This document shows positions 63,240 through 64,000 of a DNA stretch of 64,000 nt, piece by piece. Origin of the DNA: an uncultured Acidobacteriota bacterium (GTDB lineage Bacteria > Acidobacteriota > Thermoanaerobaculia > Multivoradales > SZUA-115); assembly GCA_963805975.1 (NCBI GenBank), contig CAWDVR010000001.1, forward strand, positions 512,001 to 576,000, given 5' to 3'. Made by a program: the position numbers and the translations under genes. The notes below the pieces were generated by a model, which worked only from the letters and a program-made list of their open reading frames with translations, searched no databases and was not told where the DNA came from. Within the stretch, counting starts at the first letter, position 1; every line of letters starts with the position of its first letter.

Positions 63240-64000
63240 ATGCCGCTCGCCGAGTACCACCGCAAGAGAGATTTCCGCCGCACCCCGGAGCCGCGCGGCA
63301 GCGCCGCCAAGGCGCGTGGCAAGCCGGCGGCCGGCAGCTACGTGATCCAGAAGCACGACGCTACCCGCCTGCACTACGACTTCCGGCTCGAGCTCGACGG
63401 CGTGCTCAAGAGCTGGGCCGTGCCCAAGGGGCCCAGCCTCGACCCGGCGGAGAAGCGGCTGGCGGTCGAGGTGGAAGACCATCCCCTCGAGTACGGCGGG
63501 TTCGAAGGGGTGATCCCGCGCGGCGAGTACGGCGGCGGCACGGTGGTGCTGTGGGACCGCGGCCGTTGGCGGCCCCAAGGCGACGCCGGCAAGGATCTCG
63601 CCGCCGGCAAGCTCAAGTTCGAGCTCGAGGGCGAGAAGCTCTCCGGCGGCTGGAACCTGGTGCGGCTCCGTGGCCGGGAGGGGGAGGACGGCCGCACCAA
63701 CTGGCTGCTGATCAAGGAAGACGACGAGCAGGCAAGGCCGCATTCGCAGGGCGATGTCCTCGAAGAACGACCGGAGAGCGTGATCTCCGGCCGGAGCATC
63801 GACGAGGTGGCCGCGCGCCGCGACCGGGTGTGGCGCTCGGGCCGGGCGGAGAAGACCAAACCGGCGCGCGCTCCGGCCAAGGCGAAGAGCGGGCACAAGG
63901 CGCGAGTGGGCGCCGCCCCCGAGCTGCCCTCCGAGCCCCAGCTCGCGACCCTGGTCGACGAGCCGCCGCGGGGCGAGGAATGGCTGCACGAGATCAAGCT
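63240..64000 (+). CDS. ligD: DNA ligase D (3' truncated); phosphoesterase domain then start of ligase domain
   Basis: Not in the ORF track; MPLAEYHRKRDF..TPEP, YVIQKHDATRLHYDFRLELDGVLKSWAVPKGPS, EDHPLEY, then PQLATL..WLHEIK. Confidence 0.93.
   Translation, partial: MPLAEYHRKRDFRRTPEPRGSAAKARGKPAAGSYVIQKHDATRLHYDFRLELDGVLKSWAVPKGPSLDPAEKRLAVEVEDHPLEYGGFEGVIPRGEYGGGTVVLWDRGRWRPQGDAGKDLAAGKLKFELEGEKLSGGWNLVRLRGREGEDGRTNWLLIKEDDEQARPHSQGDVLEERPESVISGRSIDEVAARRDRVWRSGRAEKTKPARAPAKAKSGHKARVGAAPELPSEPQLATLVDEPPRGEEWLHEIK

Noticed and set aside
44795-64000. imuAB plus ku-ligD as a single DNA-repair island
   Set aside because: They are 14 kb apart with unrelated genes between them, and I did not see the imuA repeat upstream of ku

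Overview
Very GC-rich bacterial chromosomal window, gene-dense, with no rRNA, tRNA, CRISPR array or transposase seen. Gene content suggests Acidobacteriota, possibly Thermoanaerobaculia (inference only). The left third is mostly housekeeping (mgtE, recO, glyQ, glyS, ppdK, mutL, rnc, asnS, corA), with an MNT-HEPN toxin-antitoxin pair and a secreted metalloprotease. The centre (about 22-43 kb) holds a putative Mn(II)-oxidation locus: a giant MnxG-type multicopper oxidase, a YncE/cd1-like beta-propeller, two SCO copper chaperones and a cytochrome c/periplasmic-binding-protein fusion. An ECF43 sigma/Ser-Thr kinase pair interrupts this locus, and three related receiver proteins and a hybrid kinase surround it. 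The right part has an IPTL-CTERM surface protein, add, imuA-imuB (no adjacent dnaE2, with an 11-bp-periodic upstream repeat), lhgO, pepF and an orphan MbtH. It also has a compact module of a gingipain/PorU-like C25 peptidase, two stand-alone Fn3/Ig-like paralogues and two GT-C glycosyltransferases (candidate undescribed protein-anchoring system), then a nitrilase and ku-ligD preceded by a strongly structured non-coding region. Two REP-like families, a 34-bp perfect palindrome inside a coding sequence and three single-base frameshifts (probably assembly errors) are also present. All calls come from motif recognition by eye, not database searches.
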